Positions 9,373 to 17,281 are shown, numbered from the stretch's first letter. The stretch: 19,469 nucleotides of DNA from Tubiluchus corallicola (GCA_030141605.1 JAQGDQ010002485.1:1-19469), one strand, 5' to 3'. Notes: generated from the letters alone by a model not told the origin. Made by a program: numbers and translations.

Positions 9373-9986
9373 ACTAATATGTTGTTTTTTATTTTTCGAG
9401 AATAGAGTTCAAATTTAGTCTTTTTATTTTGATATTGCATCTCAGCGTAGAAATTTTGGGCTTGCCGAAGTGTAAAAGGAAGTATATGTATGTTTTTTTT
9501 AAAAGACAATTGCTCATTACATATTTTATACACTGCCTCCTTAGCTGCCCAGTAGTAGTGTAAATGTAGCATTGGATTTGCAGCATCTACTTGTTTTATT
9601 TCTTCTGATAACAAAAATCGTTTCACCACCCTTCCTACTCTGTCAGATATCTTTTCTATATCTATCCCCACCTCATAAGAAGAATTAAGCATTAAGGCTA
9701 CTACATCTTTAGAATGGGTAATACTTATATTTTGAAGTCTACCACGTATAATAGGTTTACCACTTGGAAGATATTCTATATATAGTTTTTCGTTTGCAAC
9801 AAAATTGGCCAGCATTCTTACAGCTAAAAACTCTTTTTTTCTTTGCTCACATTTAAACGCACTTAAAAAACTCTCATCATAGTCATTAATTTGAGCCTGT
9901 TGATATAATCGCTTTAAAGGTTCTGTTATTTGCCAAACGGCAATTTTCGAACCATTGGGAGTAATATATGTGTAAAGTAACGGCAT
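9339..9986 (-). CDS. 4'-phosphopantetheinyl transferase (Sfp/EntD-like)
   Basis: RKKEFLAVR, SGKP, NISITHS, VGIDIE, WAAKEAVYK. The likely start is the ATG at 9986 (MPLL...), 4 nt after the gldD stop, rather than 10037. Confidence 0.92.
   Translation of the reverse strand: MPLLYTYITPNGSKIAVWQITEPLKRLYQQAQINDYDESFLSAFKCEQRKKEFLAVRMLANFVANEKLYIEYLPSGKPIIRGRLQNISITHSKDVVALMLNSSYEVGIDIEKISDRVGRVVKRFLLSEEIKQVDAANPMLHLHYYWAAKEAVYKICNEQLSFKKNIHILPFTLRQAQNFYAEMQYQNKKTKFELYSRKIKNNILVWAEQKIQSFK
9357..9396 (-). repeat. Inverted repeat, copy 2 (pairs with 8223-8262)
   Basis: Minus strand AAAAATAAAAAACAACATATTAGTATGGGCAGAGCAAAAA; spans the GGGPS start codon and the PPTase 3' end. Confidence 0.9.
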
Positions 9987-9990
9987 CGTT

Positions 9991-10551
9991 CTAATTCCAT
10001 TGCAAGGTGTTAATAAGATGTTGAATATCCTTTTCAATATATTGACTTACAGGAGCTGTAGAATCTGCATTGGGAGTACTGTTGTAATACAACGCCCCTC
10101 TTATAAAATTTCTGACACTATCCGAAAGGATAAACTGTATTGGCGAAGCCGCATTACCCTCCACATTATAGACAATACCATACTTTTTATCCTTTGCATT
10201 CTTGTACAATATAGTATGTATAGCATCTGCTTTTACTGTATGTCGATAAGTTAAGCTATGTGATTCTTGCAAATACTCTAATAGTTGATTTTCTATCTGC
10301 TCGTAAGTAATATGTATTTTAGCCTTATAGTCAGGGTAAATAATATTTATCCAATACGGATGTTGGCTGTCCTCCTGTATCGTTGCAAGCATAGAATATT
10401 CAAACTGATAAGGATATTCCTCGTTATTAAACTTCTGAAAAATATTTTCCTCTGGCACATATATTCTAAAATAAGCCCTTGACTTTGGCATATAATTATT
10501 TTGGCAAGAGAAGAGCAGTAAAACAATAAAGATAATAAATGTACACCGCAT
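9991..10551 (-). CDS. gldD: Gliding motility lipoprotein GldD
   Basis: Lipobox LLFSC, PKSRAYFRI, YPYQFEY, GNAASPIQF, IRGALY...PNADS; directly after gldE with a TGATG overlap. Confidence 0.92.
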   Translation of the reverse strand: MRCTFIIFIVLLLFSCQNNYMPKSRAYFRIYVPEENIFQKFNNEEYPYQFEYSMLATIQEDSQHPYWINIIYPDYKAKIHITYEQIENQLLEYLQESHSLTYRHTVKADAIHTILYKNAKDKKYGIVYNVEGNAASPIQFILSDSVRNFIRGALYYNSTPNADSTAPVSQYIEKDIQHLINTLQWN

Positions 10552-11888
10552 CAGAGCTTTTTCTTTTGTAAAGAACCTGTTATTTGAACTTTGAGTTTTT
10601 TTATTTTTCTTTTATCTGCTGATTTTATTGTAAATATCATATCACCTATTGTAAGCTTTTCATTTACCTTAGGAATTTCCCCTTTGTTTTCTATCAACAA
10701 TCCGGCAATGGTATCAGCTTCTCCTCGCTCTTTTTCAAAAACATCTTCAGGAATGCTTAGTATTTTGTAAAAATCATTGAGAGGAGTTATTCCTTCAAAT
10801 ATATAAGTATTTTTATTTATTTTCTTATATATACCACCTCTATCATTCCGTTCATCATAAACATCCCCTACTATCTCCTCAAGAATGTCCTCCATAGTAG
10901 CAATCCCGGAAGTTCCGCCATATTCATCCACTACTATTGCAAGATGAATTTTTCGCGTCTTAAATTCATCCAAAAGTGTATTTATTTTTTTAGTCTCAGG
11001 AACATAATAAGGCGGACGAATAAGCGATTGCCATCTAAATCGGTTTCCCTTAGATATATGTGGCAACAAATCTTTACTATACAACACTCCCTTTATATTA
11101 TCAAAACTTTCAGTATACACAGGAATACGAGAATATTGGGACTTTTTTATAACTTCCATCACCTCAGTAAAAGAAGTATTAGCATCTATTGCTGTTATAT
11201 TGACCCGTGGATTTTTTATTTCTCCCACATCAATACTATTAAATCTCACGATAGCTTCCAGAATGCTTTTTTCTTCATCTGTTTCTTGCGATGTAATTTT
11301 TAAGGCCCTGGATATTTCCTCTATAGAAGCTGTTCGCTTTTTTGTCAAAAACCTTTTATTGAGAAGAGCTGATATTTTAATCAACACCCTATTAAAAGGA
11401 TTAAACACCACCTGAAGAATATTAATAGGGTATACCATCAGAGTAGCAAACTTTAAAGCTAAGTGAGTAGCATAAATTTTGGGAATTATCTCTCCAAAAA
11501 GTAAAATAAGAAAGGTAATAACTACTACTTTAAAGGAAAACTCTAAAACCCTAGCATCAGCAAAATTAATAAGCGAAGAGGTGAAGTAGCTTGTCGTTAT
11601 AACAATAGCAATATTCACAAAATTGTTTGCAACAAGTATTGTAGCCAGAAGTTTTTCAGGAAATTTCAGCACCTTTATTATCAATGCACTCCTCTTGTTG
11701 TTTTCTGATGCCTCTAACCTTTGTATATGAGCAGGGGTAAGCGAAAAAAAAGCCACCTCTGAACCTGATATCAAAGCAGAGACAACAAGTAGCAAGAAAA
11801 TAACAATCGCAGTAATTGTATGCGTAAAAGTAAATACGTAAAAATGTACGTTATCTATATTGAATAGGCTGTTCAGCTCAATTTCCAA
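10551..11888 (-). CDS. gldE: Gliding motility-associated protein GldE (CNNM/DUF21 + CBS pair + CorC-HlyC)
   Basis: SALISGSEVAFFSL, LLATILVANNFVNI, LLFGEIIPK, YSRIPVY, VVDEYGGTSG, EDILEEIVG; TTG start; ssb-gldE-gldD gene order. Confidence 0.9.
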   Translation of the reverse strand: MEIELNSLFNIDNVHFYVFTFTHTITAIVIFLLLVVSALISGSEVAFFSLTPAHIQRLEASENNKRSALIIKVLKFPEKLLATILVANNFVNIAIVITTSYFTSSLINFADARVLEFSFKVVVITFLILLFGEIIPKIYATHLALKFATLMVYPINILQVVFNPFNRVLIKISALLNKRFLTKKRTASIEEISRALKITSQETDEEKSILEAIVRFNSIDVGEIKNPRVNITAIDANTSFTEVMEVIKKSQYSRIPVYTESFDNIKGVLYSKDLLPHISKGNRFRWQSLIRPPYYVPETKKINTLLDEFKTRKIHLAIVVDEYGGTSGIATMEDILEEIVGDVYDERNDRGGIYKKINKNTYIFEGITPLNDFYKILSIPEDVFEKERGEADTIAGLLIENKGEIPKVNEKLTIGDMIFTIKSADKRKIKKLKVQITGSLQKKKL

Positions 11889-11918
11889 TCTTCAAGTATT
11901 TTTTATCTATTATTCATT

Positions 11919-12335
11919 CTATATAGACAATTCGTCCTCATTACTAGCAGCCATAGTTGAGCCTGTTTCTGCAATTTCCTCTATTTCTTCTTCTTTTTCT
12001 TTTCTTTTACCCAGTAGCTGCATATTTTCAGCATATATTTCTGTTATATTTCTTCTATTTCCTTCCTTATCTTCCCAATGACGTGTTTTTAATTTTCCCT
12101 CTACATACAATAATTGTCCTTTTGTAACATATTTATCAGCCATTTCCGCAAGCCCCCTCCACAAAACAACATTGTGCCACTCAGTTTTATCAGCTACTTT
12201 CTCTCCATCTTTTTTTGTATACCCTCTTTCGTGAGTTGCCACCAGCAAACTTGCAACTGCTATACCATTATCTAGATATCGTATCTGTGGAGTTTTTCCA
12301 ACATTTCCAATTAAAATTACCCTGTTTAGCGACAT
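11919..12335 (-). CDS. ssb: Single-stranded DNA-binding protein
   Basis: LNRVILIGNVG, TEWHNVVLWRGLAE, LYVEGKLKTRHWEDK and an acidic tail. Confidence 0.97.
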   Translation of the reverse strand: MSLNRVILIGNVGKTPQIRYLDNGIAVASLLVATHERGYTKKDGEKVADKTEWHNVVLWRGLAEMADKYVTKGQLLYVEGKLKTRHWEDKEGNRRNITEIYAENMQLLGKRKEKEEEIEEIAETGSTMAASNEDELSI

Positions 12336-12529
12336 TATACTTAGTTTTTAGTTTTGTAACATATTAAAATCCCCCCTTATTCAAAATCAAACAGTAAAAT
12401 TAAAATAGTAATTTATGTTTTCCAAATATTTTTTATCTTTTTAATCAATATCCTCAACATATAATATAATTATTCCTTTACAAACAAATATTTAAAAGTA
12501 ACTGCATATAATTTTTTGCATACTTTTTT

Positions 12530-12537
12530 TATCTTCG
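12530..12537 (+). promoter_or_regulatory. Possible sigma-A -7 element TATCTTCG at the head of element A
   Basis: One mismatch to TAnnTTTG and followed by CA, like other boxes in this window; the copy B equivalent is AATCTTAG (18320-18327). Confidence 0.45.
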
Positions 12538-12578
12538 CAACTTATTGCTCTTTCTTTAGCCCGCTTTGCACTAAAAAG

Positions 12579-12638
12579 ATGATAACCGCAAGGAATGTTA
12601 AGAAAAACATAATTACCTACCTGTGCCAATTAAATTAG
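12579..12638 (+). CDS. Putative 19-aa small/leader peptide MITARNVKKNIITYLCQLN
   Basis: ATG after A-rich AAAAAG; ungapped homolog at 18368-18421 with synonymous differences (ACC/ACG, AGG/AGA, CTG/TTG). Confidence 0.4.
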   Translation: MITARNVKKNIITYLCQLN

Positions 12639-12688
12639 TGTAAAATCATATATTGTATAATAGTTATTTTCTTTTAAAATTTACAACT

Positions 12689-12990
12689 ATGATGAAAAAT
12701 GCAGAAAAAGAAATATTTACGGCCTTTATATTGTGAAACTGATGGGAACAATTAGACAAAGAAAAATCAACTTTAATTTTAATGAACTTGCAAAAGACTT
12801 AGAATAGAATTTAGACCAAAATATGAGCTGTGCTGGTCAGGTTATTTTATCTAAAGAATTAAGAATTTTAATTTACTTTTAAAAACTTTGCTCCATTAAA
12901 AAAGTCAAATAAGATGAAGTATTCCAGAAGAAAAAGTTAAAAAAAGATATCAACTAAAAAAGATATCCAAACCTTGCCTTGAACTGATAA
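12689..12990 (+). pseudogene. Heavily decayed zeta-toxin-like / COG4185 P-loop ATPase remnant
   Basis: Colinear fragments in different frames: EKSTLI (12761), NELAKDL (12781), AGQVIL (12832), KNFA (12881), SIPEEKVKKRY (12918). These resemble the family motifs GKST, NADEIAKxL, AGRxxL, xSFAFE and HxIPEExIxxRY. Multiple stops and deletions; boundaries approximate. Confidence 0.45.
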
Positions 12991-13011
12991 TTAAGAATAA
13001 AAGCTAAAGTA

Positions 13012-14181
13012 ATGAAATATTTCTTTAAAAACACTGTAAAAGAAATATGTATACGTCTTTGGTTGCTTGCATCAATAGTCGCCCTTAGCTACTGCAATGC
13101 AAATGCCAAACAACCAAACAAAAACATAATACTTGGTGTAGAGCAATTAGATGTCTATCTACCTCTTATACAAGGGAAAAAAGTAGGCTTGCTCATCAAC
13201 CATACTTCTGTAATAAAAAATACCCACCTGATAGACACACTTCATTCTTTGAACATAGATATTCGTTATATCTTTGCTCCCGAACACGGTTTCAGGGGAA
13301 ACCTCAAAGAAGGTGAAAAGTTTGAAAACAGTATAGACCCAAAAACCAACATTCCCATCATTTCACTATACGGAAAAAACCAAAAACCCAACCAAAAACA
13401 CCTTCAAAATATAGATGTAGTTATTTTTGACATTCAAGACGTAGGAGCAAGATTCTACACCTACATATCCTCTCTCTATCTAATGATGCAAGCACTTGCT
13501 GAAGCCAATAAGGAGTTGCTCGTATTAGACCGCCCCAACCCTAATGGTGATTACGTAGATGGGCCTGTGTTGAATATGAAATTTCAGTCGTTTGTAGGTA
13601 TGCTACCCATTCCCATAATCCACGGATTAACAGTAGCCGAGCTTGCAAGAATGATAAATGGAGAAGGTTGGTTAGAAGGAAAGAAAAAATGTAAATTTCA
13701 AGCTATAAAATGTCTCAATTATACCCACAGTACGAAATATAGCCCTTCTATAAAACCCTCACCTAATTTGCCAAACTACACTGCTATTCGCCTTTATCCC
13801 TCGTTATGTTTTTTCGAAGCCACTCAGTTTAGTATAGGTAGAGGTACGCCTCACCCTTTCCAAATAATAGGCTACCCCAACAAGAGTATGGGCAATTTTA
13901 CTTTTAACGTAGAAGATAAAACGGATAAGCATTATGGCGAAGACTTAAGAAATGAAATTAATAGTAAGTTTACATTAAAATACATCATAAGCTACTACTA
14001 CAAGTTTGCCAACAAAGAAAAGTTTTTTACTTCACCTTCTTTTATGGATAAACTGGCAGGTACAGACCTATTACGAAAACAAATAATTGCAGGCTATACT
14101 GAAGAGCAAATACGCGCCACATGGCAGGAAGATTTAAAAATCTATAAAAAATTGAGAGAGAAGTATTTGTTGTATGAGTAA
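13012..14181 (+). CDS. namZ: DUF1343 / exo-beta-N-acetylmuramidase NamZ (YbbC) family protein, secreted
   Basis: Signal peptide; FAPEHGFRG, ISLYG, FDIQDVGARFYTYIS, VLDRPNPNG, HGLTVAELA, PSPNLP, SIGRGT, REKYLLY. Confidence 0.92.
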   Translation: MKYFFKNTVKEICIRLWLLASIVALSYCNANAKQPNKNIILGVEQLDVYLPLIQGKKVGLLINHTSVIKNTHLIDTLHSLNIDIRYIFAPEHGFRGNLKEGEKFENSIDPKTNIPIISLYGKNQKPNQKHLQNIDVVIFDIQDVGARFYTYISSLYLMMQALAEANKELLVLDRPNPNGDYVDGPVLNMKFQSFVGMLPIPIIHGLTVAELARMINGEGWLEGKKKCKFQAIKCLNYTHSTKYSPSIKPSPNLPNYTAIRLYPSLCFFEATQFSIGRGTPHPFQIIGYPNKSMGNFTFNVEDKTDKHYGEDLRNEINSKFTLKYIISYYYKFANKEKFFTSPSFMDKLAGTDLLRKQIIAGYTEEQIRATWQEDLKIYKKLREKYLLYE

Positions 14182-14237
14182 AATCAGAAAATACAAGATG
14201 TTGTCTTGGCTCGCATAATTAAAAATCACAACAATAC

Positions 14238-14286
14238 AAAAATAAGGGGCGTATCTTTATTTAGATAGATACACCCCTGCATTTTT
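14238..14286. terminator. Likely bidirectional intrinsic terminator between namZ and kdgK
   Basis: Stem AGGGGCGTATCT / AGATACACCCCT (14245-14278, fully paired with one G-U on the minus strand), followed by TATTTTTG on minus and GCATTTTT on plus. Confidence 0.8.
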
Positions 14287-14304
14287 ACTCATATAGTCCT
14301 ACTA

Positions 14305-15405
14305 CTACCTATCCACTCTAGCACTACCACCACCTACAAGTTTTTCTACTTCATCCAAACTTGCCATAGTAGTATCACCGGGAGTAGTCATTGCCAAGGC
14401 TCCGTGAGCAGCACCATATTCCACTGCCTTCTTAGCATCGTTGAAGGTAATAAGTCCATATATCAATCCCGAGGCGAAACTATCTCCTCCTCCTACTCTA
14501 TCCATTATTTCCAAGTCTTCTCTATGAATAGCCTCATTTATTTTTCCTTCTGCCCAGCACAATGCACCCCACGAGTTCACAGTGGCTGTTTTCACCGTTC
14601 GCAAAGTAGTTCCAATAGCCTTAAAATTAGGATATGCCTTAGTGGCCTGCTCTATCATCTTTTTATAACCTTCAAGGTTGAGTTCTTTAAGATTGTCATC
14701 ATTTCCTTCCACTTCTAAGCCAAGGCAAGCTGTAAAATCCTCCTCATTGCCTATCATTACATCTACATATTTGGCTATTTCCTTATTCACTTCTTGTGCT
14801 TTTTTATGTCCACCAATAGCTTTCCACAACGAAGGACGATAATTAAGGTCATAAGAAGTAATTGTACCATACTTTTTAGCTGCTTTCAAAGCCTCTATAG
14901 TTACTTCAGGTGTAGTTGCAGAAAGTGCTGCAAAAATACCACCCGTATGAAACCAACGAGACCCTAACTTGCCAAAAATATAATCCCAATCTATATCACC
15001 TTTTTTCAGCTGTGAAACAGCCGTATTACCTCTATCCGAAACTCCTTTTGCTCCTCTTATGCCATAACCTCTTTCAGTGAAGTTCATCCCATTTCTCACA
15101 GTTCGCCCTATACCATCATAATCATACCACTTAATAAACTGTGTATCCAAACCTCCTTGCATTATAAGGTCTTCCACCAACATACCTACATCGTTCTTAG
15201 CAAGTGCTGTTACAATGGCTGCATCAAAACCAAAACATTTTTTCAGCCCACGAGACACATTGTATTCCCCTCCTCCTTCCCAAGCCCTAAAATGTCGAGC
15301 AGTTCTTATTCTGCCTTCTCCTGGGTCTAATCTTAACATTACTTCTCCAAGTGAAATACTATCGTATTTACATTCTTTTTTTGACTTTACATTTAATACT
15401 CCCAT
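14305..15405 (-). CDS. kdgK: PfkB-family sugar kinase, probably 2-keto-3-deoxygluconate kinase
   Basis: LGEVMLRLDP, EGGGEYNV, WFHTGGIF, SYDLNYRPSLW, GNEED, DRVGGGDSFASGLIYG, TTPGD. Confidence 0.9.
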   Translation of the reverse strand: MGVLNVKSKKECKYDSISLGEVMLRLDPGEGRIRTARHFRAWEGGGEYNVSRGLKKCFGFDAAIVTALAKNDVGMLVEDLIMQGGLDTQFIKWYDYDGIGRTVRNGMNFTERGYGIRGAKGVSDRGNTAVSQLKKGDIDWDYIFGKLGSRWFHTGGIFAALSATTPEVTIEALKAAKKYGTITSYDLNYRPSLWKAIGGHKKAQEVNKEIAKYVDVMIGNEEDFTACLGLEVEGNDDNLKELNLEGYKKMIEQATKAYPNFKAIGTTLRTVKTATVNSWGALCWAEGKINEAIHREDLEIMDRVGGGDSFASGLIYGLITFNDAKKAVEYGAAHGALAMTTPGDTTMASLDEVEKLVGGGSARVDR

Positions 15406-15507
15406 TTTAATTATATTATTTTATATGTTTTTAAATTTGTTGCAAAATATAAAAAATTATTATTCGTTTTTAATTAAAATTGTAAAAAATGGTCCCCATC
15501 ATTTTCT

Positions 15508-15515
15508 TACCTTTG
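15508..15515 (+). promoter_or_regulatory. Sigma-A -7 element TACCTTTG for the acyltransferase gene
   Basis: TAnnTTTG 26 nt before the ATG at 15542, which supports that start. Confidence 0.7.
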
Positions 15516-15541
15516 TTCTTCTTATTTTTAATATAGCAAAT

Positions 15542-16669
15542 ATGATAAGCAAAAATATAATTGATAAACTAAGACCCTACAACCATCAAGAAATGAGGGA
15601 GGTGCTAACAAAACTTTTGGAAGACACTACCTTTATAAATATGTATCAACTACTATTTCCTGATGTTACAGTAGATACATTAAAAAAATCTTTTGCCTCC
15701 ATCCAATCAGTATACGATTTTCAGAAATCTATAATGATACCCATCTTAGATTGGATAAAGGTAAAAAGTATGAAGGAAATTACATTCTCTGGCATAGAAA
15801 ATATTAGCAAAAACAAAGGCTATTTGTTCCTTTCCAACCACAGAGATATATTAATAGACCCTTCCTTTTTAAATTATACCTTAATGAAAAACAATTTTGA
15901 TACCACAGAAATTGCTTTAGGTGATAACCTGTTGGGACATAATTGGATAAAAAAAGTTGTAAAGCTAAATAAAGGTTTCATTGTAAAACGAGGGCTATCT
16001 CCCAAAGAAATGTTATTATTTTCCAAAGATTTATCAGAATATATACACTATGTTATAAAACATAAAAAACATTCTATATGGATAGCACACCGTGAAGGAA
16101 GAGCCAAAGATGGTAATGATAAAACAAACACAGGCTTACTTAAAATGTTGGGAATGAGTAGTAAAGATTTTATAACAGGGTTTTCCACATTAAATATTGT
16201 ACCTTTAGCCATTTCTTACGAGTTTAACCCTTGCGACATATTGATACTTAAAGAACTAATAATCAGAGCAAAAGGCGAAAAGTATGTAAAATCTGAAAAA
16301 GAAGACCTCGAAAATATGGAAGTAGGAGTAATGGGCTACAAAGGAAAAATGCACATCTCTGTTGGTTCCCCTATCAATAAAGAAATTCAACAAATAACAG
16401 GACAAAGCTATAATAAGAAAATGGACAATTTAGCAAAGTTAATAGACAAACATATTCACCAACAATACAAATTATTCTCTTCTAATTACATTGCTTATGA
16501 TGTATTAAGCAAGACCAATACATTTGAAAAGCAATATAGTTTAAAAGAAAAAGCAAATTTTATAAACGATGTAGAGAAAAAAATAGCTCATTACCCTAAC
16601 GACAAAGCACTGGCAAAAAAACTACTGTTAGAAATGTATGCCAATCCCGTAAAAAACAAAGACGTATAA
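15542..16669 (+). CDS. Phospholipid/glycerol acyltransferase (PlsC/PlsB superfamily)
   Basis: LFLSNHRDILID, IALGDNL, FIVKR, WIAHREGRAKDGND, IVPLAISYEFNPCD. The true start is probably 15542 (MISKNIIDKLRPY), because the 15215 extension overlaps kdgK antisense and the promoter. Confidence 0.9.
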   Translation: MISKNIIDKLRPYNHQEMREVLTKLLEDTTFINMYQLLFPDVTVDTLKKSFASIQSVYDFQKSIMIPILDWIKVKSMKEITFSGIENISKNKGYLFLSNHRDILIDPSFLNYTLMKNNFDTTEIALGDNLLGHNWIKKVVKLNKGFIVKRGLSPKEMLLFSKDLSEYIHYVIKHKKHSIWIAHREGRAKDGNDKTNTGLLKMLGMSSKDFITGFSTLNIVPLAISYEFNPCDILILKELIIRAKGEKYVKSEKEDLENMEVGVMGYKGKMHISVGSPINKEIQQITGQSYNKKMDNLAKLIDKHIHQQYKLFSSNYIAYDVLSKTNTFEKQYSLKEKANFINDVEKKIAHYPNDKALAKKLLLEMYANPVKNKDV

Positions 16670-16706
16670 ATGTGTAAAGGCCAAAGTGTTGCCTTTACAC
16701 AAAAAA
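16668..16706 (-). terminator. Hairpin/terminator between the convergent acyltransferase and beta-barrel genes
   Basis: Perfect 11-bp stem TGTGTAAAGGC / GCCTTTACACA (16671-16701); only a short TTTA tail on the minus strand. Confidence 0.7.
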
Positions 16707-16714
16707 TACATAGT

Positions 16715-17281
16715 TTAAAACTTATATCCTACAGCTATGTGAATATAGTCTTCGGTAAAAACTTTTACTGGATCTGCAAAGTTGAACCCATAACGTACAT
16801 CAAAAGTAAATTTAAGGAAATCTGCTCCAAGTCCTGCTTGCATGCTTATACTTGGAGAGTTTATGCTCTCTCCCACATCAATATTGTCATCAATATTGTG
16901 TTCTTTCACTTTGTCATCTCCTTTTAGATAGAAAGAGAATACAGGTCCTGCCATTAATCTTACATTGAGTTTTTTCATATTAATCATACGCCAACCTACA
17001 AGAAGGGGCACATCTATCGCAGAAAGGTCTACCTCCGTTTTTCGATCATGAATAGTATATTCCGTTTTAGTGTTAGAGTAATACACCTCTGGTTGAAACA
17101 GCAAAACAGGTAAGTTAATTCTGACAAATGCTCCAATAGCAGTCCCCGTTTCAGTATTACCACCAGCAGCATCTTGAAAGTTGGTAAAGTTAAGCCCTAC
17201 TTTTAGCCCCTTATCAAAAAGCTCCGCAAAAGCATTGGTGCTTAAAAAAGCAATTATAACTAATAATGTTATTTTTTTCAT
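16715..17281 (-). CDS. Outer membrane beta-barrel protein (porin family / PorT-like small barrel)
   Basis: Signal peptide MKKITLLVIIAFLSTNAFA; GLKVGLNF, FQPEVYYS, IDVPLLVG, RLMAGP, DVRYGF and a C-terminal VGYKF beta-signal. The listed TTG at 17314 lies inside the promoter box. Confidence 0.88.
   Translation of the reverse strand: MKKITLLVIIAFLSTNAFAELFDKGLKVGLNFTNFQDAAGGNTETGTAIGAFVRINLPVLLFQPEVYYSNTKTEYTIHDRKTEVDLSAIDVPLLVGWRMINMKKLNVRLMAGPVFSFYLKGDDKVKEHNIDDNIDVGESINSPSISMQAGLGADFLKFTFDVRYGFNFADPVKVFTEDYIHIAVGYKF

Larger units (their letters stand above)
12515..12638 (+). repeat. Dispersed intergenic element, copy A (promoter-like box + hairpin + short ORF)
   Basis: Colinear similarity to 18303-18423 with identical blocks TTTGCA, TACTTTTTTT, ATCTTnGCAAC, TTCTT, GCTTTGC, AAAGATGATAAC, GCAAG and TAAGAAAAA. 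Many mismatches are transitions. Confidence 0.85.

Noticed and set aside
8665-12081. Short ORFs overlapping the GGGPS-PPTase-gldD-gldE-ssb operon
   Set aside because: Antisense or alternate-frame shadows of confidently identified genes.
12940-12967. Direct repeat AAAAAAGATATC x2 as an operator for namZ
   Set aside because: More simply explained as a slippage duplication inside the decayed ATPase remnant; low complexity.
15215-15541. 109-aa N-terminal extension of the acyltransferase ORF
   Set aside because: It overlaps kdgK antisense and the AT-rich intergenic region, and the promoter box at 15508 points to the ATG at 15542.
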